Positions 44,602 to 55,065 are shown, counted from the first letter of the stretch. The stretch is DNA of 64,000 nt from Hellea sp. (GCA_020631215.1 JAHDHS010000008.1:13110-77109); one strand, 5' to 3'. Notes: a model not told the origin generated them from the sequence alone. Numbers and translations: made by a program.

Positions 44602-47475
44602 CTAAGACGTTTTTGAACGAAGCGCGTAGTAACGGTCAGCATATTCCTGCTCCCGTAAGAAGACTATGGCGTCGATTAGCTCGCGTTTTATGATGGGCTT
44701 CGTTAAAAACAGATTGGCACCGGCGGCCATGCACTCCGCATTTGTCATGGAGTCTGCATCTGCTGTAATTGCAATAATGGGTACGTCTTTATAAGGGGTC
44801 TCACTGTGTCTTACGATGCGGGTGGTTTCTACACCGTCGATGCCTGGCATGCGTATATCCATCAGAATAATGTCAACAGGGTGCCCCTTAAGCACCTCCA
44901 ATGCATCTTCACCGCTATCGGCGGTAAGGCACAGGCACCCTTGAGGTGCGAGCAGTAATTTCAAAACGTCCTGATTGGCTTTGACGTCCTCAACAATTAG
45001 AACGTTCACACCCGTTAAATCATCCGGGTTTTCAAACTGTATCGGGATTTTTGATTGCTTATCAGTGGCGGTCTGCTGATGACGCGGGCTGCTATGCATT
45101 TCAGGGGCGAGTATCATCAAGTCCAAAATATCTTCATCGGGATCTTCATCCGGATCATGCGTCACATCGACCAGCGCCTTGGATTCTTCGTCCGGGTTAA
45201 AGTTCGCGGGCAGGACATCCTGACCCCATTCTTCCTTGGATGCGGGAATAGCTTTGGGCGCTTGTTTTATTGTCTCGACTTCCTGAATAGACGCGTTTTC
45301 GTGGGGAACAGACGGTTTGGCATCTTCCAGAATTGTGGTAGCGGGCTCTTTGACTTGGGCATGCTCTGTAAGGACAGCCGTTAATATAAACTCAGACCCG
45401 CGACCGGCCTTAGAGACAAGCGTGACATCCCCGCCCATCATTCTGGCCATAGAGCGTGTAATGGCCAAGGTCAGACCCGATCCATTGAACTTACGGGTCA
45501 TCGAACTGTCGGCTTGCAGGAACGGCTTGAATAGCTTGGTCTGTACGTCTTCTTCAATCCCCATCCCTGTATCGGCAATAATCGCTTGCAGGCCAATTTG
45601 GCCATCCTCTCTGGTTTCCCGGGTGATGTGCACGTGAACCCGGCCTTTATCCGTGAATTTCACAGCATTATCGATAAGGCCGTCCAGACATTGTGTCAGG
45701 CGGGTCTCGTCAAATTCGGCTGTCAGGTTCAAATCATCACTGATGAAATAAGTATAGGTCAGGCCTTTGGCGGCGGCCTTGGCTTCCCAGTTTTGAGCTG
45801 TGGCTTCCAGGGGCTTGGCCAAATTTTGGGGTTCCGGGAACAGCTTTAACCGGCCGCTATCAAGTCTGGACATATCAATGATGCTCTCGACCAGATTGAA
45901 CAAAATATTTCCGGATTGCAGGATGATCCCGCTTTTCTCTCTAACGTCTTCGTCCTCATGGCGTGTGGCCATAAAGTCTGCGATACCGATAATCCCGTTT
46001 AGTGGCGTGCGGAGCTCATGACTGATCATGCCTAAAAACTCCGTCTTCATCCGGTCAGCGCTTTCAGCTTCCCGCGTTTTGATGGCCAGAAGTTTGGATG
46101 TTTTATCACGGTAACGGGCAAATAGCAGAGAGGCCACCAAAGCGGCGCCAATCAATGCGAGCAAAGACATGAGAAGCCGGTTTTTCTTTTCCTCTTCAGC
46201 CAGCTTCTGCGCTTTTAGCTCCGCTTCACGTATCAGAGCGCTTTCTCTCTCAGCCTGCCGCTCACGTGAGTTTTCCAGGGTTGCGAGTAAGTCAGCGGTG
46301 TCTTGATTGTTTGCATCAAGTATATTTTTTATTGCTAGATCTTGTCGCGCATTGAAATGCTTTACGCTTTCAGCTGTTCTGTTTTCTGCTTGAGCTATGA
46401 GGGCCTTAGCATAAAGATAATGACGTTCGTCATATTCTGATAGGTCAGAAATATTCTCGATTACTTTGCGAGCTTCAGAGGTGTTACCTAGCCCCGCTTC
46501 CGCAATCGCAAGAAGTATTTGAGTTCTTTTTGTTATAGCGTCAATTTCTGAGCTTTTTATAGCTTTCTGCGCATATTCCTTTACCGATTCAAAGTCGCCA
46601 GTGTCCGCATAAACCTGTGCTAAGCGCATATCAGTTAAGCCGGGAGTAGTTGAATCGTGATTTTGTTCTAATCTCTTAAGGGTTTCAGCGATTTCTAAGC
46701 TGATTTTATGATCTCGAGATGTCCCAAACGCATAAAGAAGGTTATTTAATAATTCTATGCCATCGATTGGTTGCTCAGCTTCCAATTTAAGCTCTATCAG
46801 ACGCTCAGTGTTGATAAGCGCTAAATCAGTATTGTGAAGCATGTTATGCATCAATACAATTGCATCTGTAATCAGTATTTGCGCTTCATGTGTGTAAGCA
46901 TCCACTTGATTTGGAATCAAAGTAAGGGCCTTTTGTGCAGACTCCAAACCTTCTATACGCTTCACAGACATAGCTGCTAAAGTGCATTTTATTGCGTGTG
47001 CCTGCACGACGACAAACCAATCGGAGTGCGAAAAATAACCATCAATATTATTTAGGATAAGCTCATAATCTTTTGAGGCTGTATCGGGTGTAAACTTACC
47101 TAAGAATTTTTCGAAAAGCCCTAATACGTCCTTGTCTCTTTGGGTGCCGAACTTATGAACTAAATTTCGGTGTGATTCTAATTCAGCGTCCACTAAAGTG
47201 GAGTCACCAGTAAATATTACGTCGTATAGTGCAGTGCGACTTGCTTCAATTTGCTTCGAAGGTGGCAGTTCCGATTTAGGGTTTGTGTCTGAGGCAGTTT
47301 TAGAAACTACTAAATTCTGCGTCTCAATCATTTCCGCTAAAGATATGGCACGTTCTTGAATTTTGTCATAATCCAGTGTTTCCGCATGTGCCGTTGCGGA
47401 CATAAACGTTGCTAGTGTCAACGTTAGATGCCTAATATTACGGCAAGGTGCCAAATATTTTTTATGCCATGACAT
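44602..47475 (-). CDS. Hybrid sensor histidine kinase (TPR-like periplasmic sensor, TM, HisKA, HATPase_c, receiver)
   Basis: 957 aa. Signal/anchor then ~400 aa helical repeat region, coiled coil, TM (LLMSLLALIGAALVASLLFA), H-box ISHELRTPLN, G-box GSGLTLAI, acidic linker, REC domain (LIVEDVKANQ...ILMDIRMPGIDG). Confidence 0.9.
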   Translation of the reverse strand: MSWHKKYLAPCRNIRHLTLTLATFMSATAHAETLDYDKIQERAISLAEMIETQNLVVSKTASDTNPKSELPPSKQIEASRTALYDVIFTGDSTLVDAELESHRNLVHKFGTQRDKDVLGLFEKFLGKFTPDTASKDYELILNNIDGYFSHSDWFVVVQAHAIKCTLAAMSVKRIEGLESAQKALTLIPNQVDAYTHEAQILITDAIVLMHNMLHNTDLALINTERLIELKLEAEQPIDGIELLNNLLYAFGTSRDHKISLEIAETLKRLEQNHDSTTPGLTDMRLAQVYADTGDFESVKEYAQKAIKSSEIDAITKRTQILLAIAEAGLGNTSEARKVIENISDLSEYDERHYLYAKALIAQAENRTAESVKHFNARQDLAIKNILDANNQDTADLLATLENSRERQAERESALIREAELKAQKLAEEEKKNRLLMSLLALIGAALVASLLFARYRDKTSKLLAIKTREAESADRMKTEFLGMISHELRTPLNGIIGIADFMATRHEDEDVREKSGIILQSGNILFNLVESIIDMSRLDSGRLKLFPEPQNLAKPLEATAQNWEAKAAAKGLTYTYFISDDLNLTAEFDETRLTQCLDGLIDNAVKFTDKGRVHVHITRETREDGQIGLQAIIADTGMGIEEDVQTKLFKPFLQADSSMTRKFNGSGLTLAITRSMARMMGGDVTLVSKAGRGSEFILTAVLTEHAQVKEPATTILEDAKPSVPHENASIQEVETIKQAPKAIPASKEEWGQDVLPANFNPDEESKALVDVTHDPDEDPDEDILDLMILAPEMHSSPRHQQTATDKQSKIPIQFENPDDLTGVNVLIVEDVKANQDVLKLLLAPQGCLCLTADSGEDALEVLKGHPVDIILMDIRMPGIDGVETTRIVRHSETPYKDVPIIAITADADSMTNAECMAAGANLFLTKPIIKRELIDAIVFLREQEYADRYYALRSKTS

Positions 47476-47776
47476 AATCAGAGCAATGACTAGGCATCAA
47501 CCGTTAACAAATAGTACTAACAAGGCATAAAGAAACCCGCTTTAAGCGGGCTGTCTGTCACATCGGTTATGGTTGGTTTTATAAAATGATGATTGGGCCA
47601 CGCATGACTAATCCCTAAAAATTTTAAAGGGGATGCAGTATTGCTTCCCCCATACTTTCATTTAACAGGATTTGTTAAGGTTTTAGCAAGGATAAAAAAC
47701 AGGGTTTGGGACAGAATTTTTGGGAACTCTGTGAAAAATCAAATAATTTCATATGGTTAACGGATTGTTGTTAAAA

Positions 47777-47791
47777 TTAACACAATCTTAA
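47777..47791. promoter_or_regulatory. CtrA-type box TTAA-N7-TTAA in the kinase / nhaC spacer
   Basis: TTAACACAATCTTAA. Confidence 0.35.
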
Positions 47792-47820
47792 GATTAGTTA
47801 AATTGTTGAATTTTCATCTA

Positions 47821-47841
47821 TTTCCGAATGATATTCGGAAA
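47821..47841. promoter_or_regulatory. Perfect 9-bp inverted repeat, candidate operator upstream of nhaC
   Basis: TTTCCGAAT-GAT-ATTCGGAAA, about 100 bp upstream of the nhaC ATG. It overlaps a second palindrome GAAAACAG-G-CTGTTTTC (47838..47854). Confidence 0.35.
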
Positions 47842-47939
47842 ACAGGCTGTTTTCGGCGATTTTCGCTTTGCTAGTTGATTGTCTTGATTCTGATAATCAA
47901 GTGCTTTTTATCAGGCTAAAATAAGGTTAGGCGGTCAAT

Positions 47940-49397
47940 ATGGACAGTTTTGGATGGTTTTCGCTTCTCCCGCCTTTATTGGCGATTGGGCTCGCGCTTT
48001 GGACGCGGCAGGTCTTTATCTCGCTTGCGGCGGGTTTGTGGCTGGGTTTTGTGATTATGGCCGGTTGGAACCCGATCGTGGGCACCTTTGACACGATTGA
48101 CGGCATAGTCCGGGTCTTTGACAGCCCAGGCAATACGCGAATTGTCCTTTTGACCTTGGTTATTGGGGCCTTGATTGCCCTGATTCAACGATCCGGCGGC
48201 GTTGCGGGCTTTGTCAGGCGGTTGATCGCAATGCTGGAACGCCTCAGCGATCAAGCAGGCCGCAAAGGGCAGCGCAAATTGGTGGAACTATTGGCTTTAG
48301 TCACTGCGCTGCTTCTATTCGTAGAGAGCAATATCTCGATCCTGACAGTCGGCACCGTTTACCGCCCGGTGTTTGACAAGCTGGGTATCCCGCGTGAGAA
48401 GCTGGCCTATATTACGGATTCCGGCTCCGCCCCATCCTGCATCCTTTTGCCGATCAATGCATGGGGGGCCTATTTGATCGGCCTGATCGCGGCGCAAGGC
48501 CTGACCAACCCTGTAGGGCAGCTTGTGAATGCGACATTATATAATTTCTATCCGATGATCGTGATTATCATGCTTGTCTTCGTTATCATGTCCGGGCGGG
48601 ATATTGGCGAGATGAAACGGGCTGAGCTTCGCGCAAAAGAGACCGGCAAGTTAACCCGGGACGACGCGCAATTGATGATGGGGGATGAAACGACCTCGAT
48701 CCCTGCCAAGGAGGGCGCGCCGCTTCGGGCTCGCAATATGCTTATCCCCATTGCGGCTATGGTTTTGCTTATGATTGTTTTCCTGATCATGACAGGTGAG
48801 GGCGATACAATCCTAGCCCGCATGTTTAGTGGCTCTGGCTCCAAGGCCGTGATCTATGCCGCCAGCATTGCTGTTCTCCTCGCTATGGTTCTTTATAAAG
48901 CGCAAGGCGTGATGGGCATTCGCGAGAGTTTCGAGCAGGCCTTGAAAGGCATAAGCGGCATGGTCTCTCTGGCCATTTTAATGGTGCTGGCATTGGCGCT
49001 GGGCGCGCTGTGCAAAGATCTGGGCACAGGACAATTTGTGGCGGAAACTGCCAAGGGCTTTATCAGTCCCGCGCTTGTGCCGGCGCTTATTTTCCTGATC
49101 GCCTGTTTTGTGTCTTTCTCAACAGGGACCAGTTGGGGCACATTCGCTGTTATGCTGCCCATTGCCGTACCGCTGGCCACGGGCATGGACACAAATGTCA
49201 GCCTGGCGATTGCGGCCGCTATAGGCGGGGGCGTGTTCGGCGATCATTGCAGCCCGACCTCTGATACGTCGATCATCACCTCCATGGCCACGGCGAATGA
49301 CCATATTGATCATATCAGAACGCAGCTGCCCTATGCCCTCATCGCGGGCGGGCTCACGACATTGCTATATCTGATTTTAGGAGCCGTCGGTGCTTAG
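47940..49397 (+). CDS. nhaC: Na+/H+ antiporter, NhaC family
   Basis: 485 aa, about 12 TM helices, NhaC-like sequence (SFSTGTSWGTFAVMLPIA, GGVFGDHCSPTSDTSI). Confidence 0.88.
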   Translation: MDSFGWFSLLPPLLAIGLALWTRQVFISLAAGLWLGFVIMAGWNPIVGTFDTIDGIVRVFDSPGNTRIVLLTLVIGALIALIQRSGGVAGFVRRLIAMLERLSDQAGRKGQRKLVELLALVTALLLFVESNISILTVGTVYRPVFDKLGIPREKLAYITDSGSAPSCILLPINAWGAYLIGLIAAQGLTNPVGQLVNATLYNFYPMIVIIMLVFVIMSGRDIGEMKRAELRAKETGKLTRDDAQLMMGDETTSIPAKEGAPLRARNMLIPIAAMVLLMIVFLIMTGEGDTILARMFSGSGSKAVIYAASIAVLLAMVLYKAQGVMGIRESFEQALKGISGMVSLAILMVLALALGALCKDLGTGQFVAETAKGFISPALVPALIFLIACFVSFSTGTSWGTFAVMLPIAVPLATGMDTNVSLAIAAAIGGGVFGDHCSPTSDTSIITSMATANDHIDHIRTQLPYALIAGGLTTLLYLILGAVGA

Positions 49398-49821
49398 ATT
49401 TATCGCAATCATATCATTCCTTACTATAAGCCCGCTGGCACAGGCAAAAATCGGCACGCCGGACCTTTTTTCCGGGCAGTGGGTCAATGACAGAGACAGC
49501 GCCGTAACCTTTCGCGTCACGGACGGGCTGCTGTCAGGCTATTACCAAACCGCCTTGGGGCAGCCGGATAAATCACAAAAATTCCCGCTGACAGGTTTCG
49601 CCGAAGGTGACCAAATCACCTTTACAGTCAATTTCAAAGGCTATGGCTCTATGACAAGCTGGACAGGACAAATGACCGAAGACCAGGACGGAGAGCCATA
49701 TATCCGCACGCTTTGGAATCTTACCCGCGATGTGCCGGATGCCGAAGAAGCGGATGATATGTGGGGCTCTATCACATCGGGTGCGAGCGATTTCCGGCGC
49801 GTAAAAGCCAAGTCGCCTTAA
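49390..49821 (+). CDS. Secreted avidin-family (biotin-binding) protein
   Basis: GTG start with AGGAG 6 nt upstream, overlapping the nhaC stop by 8 nt. Signal peptide [19 protein letters not shown]. Aligns by eye with chicken avidin: GQWVNDRDS (GKWTNDLGS), GYYQT (GTYIT), FPLTG (SPLHG), ITFTVNF (FGFTVNW), SMTSWTGQ (STTVFTGQ), IRTLWNL (LKTMWLL), DDMW (GDDW), DFRRV (IFTRL). Confidence 0.8.
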   Translation: MLRFIAIISFLTISPLAQAKIGTPDLFSGQWVNDRDSAVTFRVTDGLLSGYYQTALGQPDKSQKFPLTGFAEGDQITFTVNFKGYGSMTSWTGQMTEDQDGEPYIRTLWNLTRDVPDAEEADDMWGSITSGASDFRRVKAKSP

Positions 49822-50975
49822 TCCACCAGATTATCCCAAAACGTCTTTGCCTTATCAAAGAAGTTGCGGCTTTCGGGGCTGACTTCATGCCCGCCTTCGG
49901 CGGCAAATTCTTCGAGCAATTCGCGCTGGCGTTTGTTTAGCTTGGACGGCGTTTCCACGGCGATTTCCATATACATGTCGCCGCGTTGCGGACTGCGCAG
50001 CACGCTCATGCCTTTGCCTTTCAGGCGCATGCGCTTACCGGACTGACTGCCTTCAGGGATCTTAATTTTAGAACGCCCGCCATCAATGGTCGGGACTTCA
50101 ATTTCACCGCCCAATGCCGCTGTCGTCATCGGCACGGGCGCACGGCAAAACAGGTTCGCCCCGTCACGTTCAAACAGATCATGCGGCTTGACTGACACAA
50201 ATATGTAAAGATCGCCGCGCTGGCCTTTCCCGCGGGGGGCGGCATCGCCCTGACCTGACAAACGGATACGTGTGCCGTCTTCAACACCCGCCGGGATAGA
50301 CACATCCAGCTCGGTTTGCTGTCGGACGAGCCCTTGGCCGTCACATTGACGGCAGGGATCGGTGACATATTCCCCTTGTCCGCCGCATGTGGTGCAAGGC
50401 CGTTCCATAGTAAAGAAACCCTGTTGCGTGCGCATACGACCAGAGCCGCCGCATGTATGGCATGTATCGATCGTCGCGCCGGGTTCCGCGCCCATGCCGT
50501 CACACCGATCACAATCTTCGGCGATCGGTACGGTGATATCTATGTCTTTTCCGCGAAAAGCATCTTCTAGAGTGATGTCCATTTCATAGCGTAAGTCGGA
50601 TCCGCGCTGCACTGTCTGGTGTCTGCGGCCACCGCCGCCTCCGCCTCCGCCAAACATATCGGCGAAACCACCGCCGCCTGCGCCGCCAAAAATCTGGCTG
50701 AAAATATCGCCAAAATCCTGAAAGCCGCCTGCGCCGCCCATGCCGCCTTGCTCGAAAGCGCGGTGGCCCATACGGTCATAGGCAGCGCGTTTTTGATCAT
50801 CAGACAGGATGCCGTAAGCTTCATTGAGCTCTTTGAAACGCGCTTCAGCCGCAGGATCATCAGGGTGCCGGTCAGGATGACATTCCATCGCTTTCTTGCG
50901 AAAGGCGGATTTCATCGTCTTGGCATCGGCGCCTTTATCCACGCCCAGAACGTCATAATAATCGCGTTTAGACAT
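49818..50975 (-). CDS. dnaJ: Molecular chaperone DnaJ
   Basis: 385 aa. J domain with HPD, Gly-rich linker, four CxxCxGxG zinc-finger motifs. Confidence 0.97.
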   Translation of the reverse strand: MSKRDYYDVLGVDKGADAKTMKSAFRKKAMECHPDRHPDDPAAEARFKELNEAYGILSDDQKRAAYDRMGHRAFEQGGMGGAGGFQDFGDIFSQIFGGAGGGGFADMFGGGGGGGGRRHQTVQRGSDLRYEMDITLEDAFRGKDIDITVPIAEDCDRCDGMGAEPGATIDTCHTCGGSGRMRTQQGFFTMERPCTTCGGQGEYVTDPCRQCDGQGLVRQQTELDVSIPAGVEDGTRIRLSGQGDAAPRGKGQRGDLYIFVSVKPHDLFERDGANLFCRAPVPMTTAALGGEIEVPTIDGGRSKIKIPEGSQSGKRMRLKGKGMSVLRSPQRGDMYMEIAVETPSKLNKRQRELLEEFAAEGGHEVSPESRNFFDKAKTFWDNLVD

Positions 50976-51025
50976 AGTGGTCAGATTCCCCGAATGGCCG
51001 GATTGTTGGGCAGTGTCATAGACAT

Positions 51026-51053
51026 AAAAAGACGGCCCTGAAAGAGGGCCGTC
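51026..51053 (-). terminator. Hairpin plus T tract between dnaK and dnaJ (partial terminator or attenuator)
   Basis: On the minus strand, GACGGCCC-7 nt-GGGCCGTC followed by TTTTT, starting 12 nt after the dnaK stop. Confidence 0.6.
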
Positions 51054-51065
51054 TTAAGTATAGAT

Positions 51066-52970
51066 TTAGGACTTGTCGTCTTCGACGTCTTCGAACTCGG
51101 CGTCAACAATGTCGTCATCGTCATCAGCACTATCCGCCGCCGCAGCCGCTTCGGCGTCATCACCGGACTGGTTCTCATAAATGGCAGAGCCCATCTTCAT
51201 CAGAGCCGCAGACAGAATATCTGTCTTGTCTGTGATGTTGGCTGTGTCATCAGAGTCCTTTAAGCCTTTCAGCTCTTCAATCGCGCCTTCAATCTCGGCT
51301 TTCAAATCCGCATCGACCTTGTCCTCATGCTCTTTCAGAGCTGTTTCGGACTGGTGGATGGCTGCCTCGGCCTTGTTGCGGGCTTCGGCCAGCTCGCGGC
51401 GGGCCTTATCCTCATCGGCATTGGCTTCCGCGTCGCGGATCATGGACTCGATATCATCATCGGACAGACCGCCAGAGGCCTGGATACGGATTTGCTGCTC
51501 CTTGCCCGTCGCCTTGTCCTTGGCTGACACATTGACGATACCATTGGCATCAATGTCGAAAGTCACTTCGATTTGCGGCATGCCGCGCGGGGCAGGGGGA
51601 ATACCGACCAGATCAAATTGACCCAGAAGTTTGTTGTCGGCGGCCATTTCACGTTCACCTTGGGAGACGCGAATGGTCACAGCAGACTGGTTGTCCGCCG
51701 CTGTGGAGTAGACCTGTGATTTCTTGGTTGGAATGGTCGTATTCCGGTCGATCATGCGCGTAAATACACCGCCTTCGGTTTCGATCCCCAGAGACAGAGG
51801 CGTAACGTCAAGCAAGAGAACATCTTTAACATCCCCTTGCAGAACGCCCGCTTGAATGGCTGCGCCCATAGCGACAACTTCATCCGGGTTCACACCTTTA
51901 TGCGGTTCCTTACCGAAGAAGTCTGTCACAGCTTTTTGCACGGCCGGCATACGGGTCATACCTCCGACCAATACAACATCGTCGATTTCACCCGCTTTAA
52001 GGCCCGCATCTGCGAGGGCTTTTTTACAAGGCGCGATGGTGCGTTTGATAAGATCAGCGACCAGAGTTTCCAGCTTGGCGCGGGTCAGCTTCATGTTCAA
52101 ATGTTTCGGGCCGGACGCATCCGCCGTGATGAATGGCAGGTTCACTTCATAAGTCGAAGCAGAGGACAATTCCTTCTTAGCCTTCTCAGCTTCCTCACGC
52201 AGGCGCTGAAGGGCCAGTTTGTCAGATTTCAGATCAATGCCATTTTCTTTTTTGAACTCATCGGCGAAATATTCAACAATCCGCATGTCAAAGTCTTCAC
52301 CGCCAAGGAATGTATCACCATTGGTGGCTTTTACTTCAAAAACGCCGTCACCGATTTCGAGGATGGATACGTCAAATGTACCGCCGCCAAGGTCATAAAC
52401 GGCAATCGTCTTACCGTCCTGCTTGTCCATACCATAGGCCAACGCCGCAGCAGTTGGTTCGTTGATGATCCGCAAAACTTCCAATCCGGCAATCTTACCG
52501 GCATCCTTTGTGGCCTGACGTTGCGCGTCATTAAAATAGGCTGGAACTGTAATGACAGCTTGCGTTACGGGCGCGCCAAGGAAATCTTCTGCGGTCTCTT
52601 TCATTTTCGTCAGCGTCATGGCTGAAATTTCGGACGGGGACAGGGCCTTATCGCGACCCTGAACATAGGCGTCGCCGCCTTTGCCTTTGACAATCTTGTA
52701 GGGCACCAGCTTGGCGTCTTTCTTGACAGCCGGATCTGTGAAAGGACGGCCAATCAAACGCTTGACGGCATAATAAGTGTGATCCGGGTTTGTGACGGCC
52801 TGACGGCGGGCGGTCTGGCCGATCAGGCGTTCGCCATCATCTGTAAAGGCCACAACTGACGGGGTTGTGCGTGCGCCTTCGCTGTTTTCGATGACGCGGG
52901 CTTTGTCGCCATCCATGACGGCGACACATGAGTTCGTTGTACCTAAGTCGATACCGATAACTTTAGACAT
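51066..52970 (-). CDS. dnaK: Molecular chaperone DnaK (Hsp70)
   Basis: 634 aa. [24 protein letters not shown] and the rest of the full-length Hsp70 sequence. Confidence 0.98.
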   Translation of the reverse strand: MSKVIGIDLGTTNSCVAVMDGDKARVIENSEGARTTPSVVAFTDDGERLIGQTARRQAVTNPDHTYYAVKRLIGRPFTDPAVKKDAKLVPYKIVKGKGGDAYVQGRDKALSPSEISAMTLTKMKETAEDFLGAPVTQAVITVPAYFNDAQRQATKDAGKIAGLEVLRIINEPTAAALAYGMDKQDGKTIAVYDLGGGTFDVSILEIGDGVFEVKATNGDTFLGGEDFDMRIVEYFADEFKKENGIDLKSDKLALQRLREEAEKAKKELSSASTYEVNLPFITADASGPKHLNMKLTRAKLETLVADLIKRTIAPCKKALADAGLKAGEIDDVVLVGGMTRMPAVQKAVTDFFGKEPHKGVNPDEVVAMGAAIQAGVLQGDVKDVLLLDVTPLSLGIETEGGVFTRMIDRNTTIPTKKSQVYSTAADNQSAVTIRVSQGEREMAADNKLLGQFDLVGIPPAPRGMPQIEVTFDIDANGIVNVSAKDKATGKEQQIRIQASGGLSDDDIESMIRDAEANADEDKARRELAEARNKAEAAIHQSETALKEHEDKVDADLKAEIEGAIEELKGLKDSDDTANITDKTDILSAALMKMGSAIYENQSGDDAEAAAAADSADDDDDIVDAEFEDVEDDKS

Positions 52971-53073
52971 TATATAGTCTCCATATTTTGGGGCCTAACA
53001 GCACCCCCAATGCGTTAAATTCTGCAAAGGCTCCGATCCCGGCAAATTGCCCGGGCGGCACCCGTTGAGCCCG

Positions 53074-53101
53074 ATATGGGAGGCAAATTCAGCCCTTCAA
53101 G
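53074..53101 (-). promoter_or_regulatory. Sigma-32 (RpoH) type heat-shock promoter of dnaK
   Basis: Minus strand reads CCCCTTGAA-gggctgaatttgcc-TCCCATAT, matching CTTGAA-N13-15-CCCCATNT, about 100 nt upstream of the dnaK ATG. Confidence 0.7.
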
Positions 53102-53334
53102 GGGCAAAGGCGTAGAATCTTCACATTTTTATCATCGCTGCCTGACTCGTTTTTGACAGGGAAATAAGCCGTAATGCGCCCTTGCACCCCATAGGGCTTT
53201 CGCCTATAGGACGCGCGCATCTCGCGGCGGGCTCTTCAAGGCACGCCGCTTTGCACTTTAATAGGCCCGGATTGGCTGGGCCAGACCGCAGGATACAACC
53301 TGTCGGCCGGAAGCATATATTAAGGAAACCTATC

Positions 53335-55035
53335 ATGAGCGCAGCTCAAGACACCCTCACTCCATCCACTGATGATTTTGCTGCCATGTTCGAAGCGAGC
53401 GTGGAATCAAACCCTATGAAAGAAGGCTCCGTTATTAAGGGCCTGGTCACCGGTCTTGAAAAAGACACTGTGATTGTCGATGTCGGCTTGAAAACAGAAG
53501 GCCGCGTCCCGCTAAGAGAATTTTACGTCCCTGGCCAAACTGACGAAGATAAAGTCAAGGTCGGCGACGAAGTCGATATTTACCTTGAGCGTATTGAAAA
53601 TGCTCTGGGCGATGCTGTTCTGTCGCGCGATAAAGCCCGCCGCGAAGAAAGCTGGATCAAGATGGCCGCGTTCCATGAAAAAGAAGAGCCTGTAACCGGC
53701 GCGATTGTTGGCCGCGTTAAAGGCGGCTTTACGGTTGATCTAGGCGGTATCAATGCTTTCTTGCCGGGCTCGCAAGTCGATATCCGCCCGGTACGCGACA
53801 TTGGACCTCTGATGAACCAAGATCAGCCATTCATGATCCTGAAAATGGACCGGGCTCGCGGGAACATCGTTGTCTCTCGCCGGGCCATCCTCGAAGAGAG
53901 CCGCGCCGAGCAGCGTGCAGAGCTCGTGGGTCAGCTCCAAGAAGATGAGACGCGCGAAGGCGTTGTCAAAAACATCACCGATTATGGTGCCTTCGTTGAC
54001 CTTGGCGGTATTGATGGTCTGCTCCATGTAACTGATATGAGCTGGCGCCGGGTTTCCCACCCGTCACAGGTTCTGGCGGTTGGCGATACAATTCAGGTCA
54101 AGATCATCCGCATCAACCCTGAAACACAACGTATCAGCCTCGGCATGAAGCAGCTGCAGGAAGATCCATGGACGATCGCATCTGCCAAATATACGGTTGG
54201 GTCACGTCACAAAGGGACTGTGACTAATATCGCCGATTATGGTGCCTTTATCGAGCTGGAAGAAGGTGTTGAAGGTCTGGTTCACGTCTCTGAAATGTCT
54301 TGGACGAAGAAGAATGTTCATCCGGGCAAAATCGTCTCGACGTCTCAGGAAGTTGATGTTGAGGTTCTGGAAGTCGATGAGGAAAAACGCCGCATCTCTC
54401 TCGGGATCAAGCAGACACAAGACAATCCTTGGGACAGCTTCTCTGATAAGTTCCCAGTTGGCTCTACGATCAAAGGTGAAGTTCGCTCCGTCACAGAATT
54501 CGGACTGTTTATCGGTTTGGATGGTGACATTGACGGTATGGCGCATTTGTCTGATTTGTCATGGGACAAATCCGGTGAAGACGCGTTGCAAGACTATAAA
54601 AAGGGCGATGTTGTTGAGGCCAAGATCCTTGAGGTCGATATCGAGAAAGAGCGTATCAGCCTCGGTATAAAGCAATTGTCCAAAGACACGGGTGCCGGTG
54701 CCGGCGGCGTACGCCGCGGGGCGACTGTCACTTGTACAGTGACGAATGTTCAGACGGCCGGACTGGATGTGACCTTTGGTGATGAAAACGAGCACACATC
54801 CTTCATCCGCAAAGGTGATTTGTCACGCGAGCGGTCTGAGCAGCGTCCAGAGCGTTTTGCCGTCGGTGACAAGGTTGACGCCATGATCACACGCGTGGCG
54901 AAAGGCCAAGCGTCACTCTCTATCAAGGCGCTGGAAATTGCTGAAGAGAAAGAGGCTGTCGAGCAATATGGGTCTGCCGATTCCGGTGCGTCATTGGGCG
55001 ATATCCTTGGCGCAGCGCTGAAAGGCGACGAATAA
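53335..55035 (+). CDS. rpsA: 30S ribosomal protein S1
   Basis: Start moved to the ATG at 53335 (AAGGAAA upstream; MSAAQDTLTPSTDDFAAMFE). Six S1 repeats (ITDYGAFVDLGG, IADYGAFIELEEG, VTEFGLFIGLDG...). Confidence 0.96.
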   Translation: MSAAQDTLTPSTDDFAAMFEASVESNPMKEGSVIKGLVTGLEKDTVIVDVGLKTEGRVPLREFYVPGQTDEDKVKVGDEVDIYLERIENALGDAVLSRDKARREESWIKMAAFHEKEEPVTGAIVGRVKGGFTVDLGGINAFLPGSQVDIRPVRDIGPLMNQDQPFMILKMDRARGNIVVSRRAILEESRAEQRAELVGQLQEDETREGVVKNITDYGAFVDLGGIDGLLHVTDMSWRRVSHPSQVLAVGDTIQVKIIRINPETQRISLGMKQLQEDPWTIASAKYTVGSRHKGTVTNIADYGAFIELEEGVEGLVHVSEMSWTKKNVHPGKIVSTSQEVDVEVLEVDEEKRRISLGIKQTQDNPWDSFSDKFPVGSTIKGEVRSVTEFGLFIGLDGDIDGMAHLSDLSWDKSGEDALQDYKKGDVVEAKILEVDIEKERISLGIKQLSKDTGAGAGGVRRGATVTCTVTNVQTAGLDVTFGDENEHTSFIRKGDLSRERSEQRPERFAVGDKVDAMITRVAKGQASLSIKALEIAEEKEAVEQYGSADSGASLGDILGAALKGDE

Positions 55036-55065
55036 GCCTGATTTAGCCAAAAATTAACCATAAAA

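Noticed and set aside
51837-52625. 262-aa plus-strand ORF, and similar frames at 5820..6497, 6919..7542, 42597..43289, 54750..55424 and 57726..58358
   Set aside because: Each lies fully inside, and antisense to, a confidently identified gene (dnaK, the PQQ dehydrogenase, secB, the giant OMP, rpsA/ihfB, the saccharopine-dehydrogenase-like gene).
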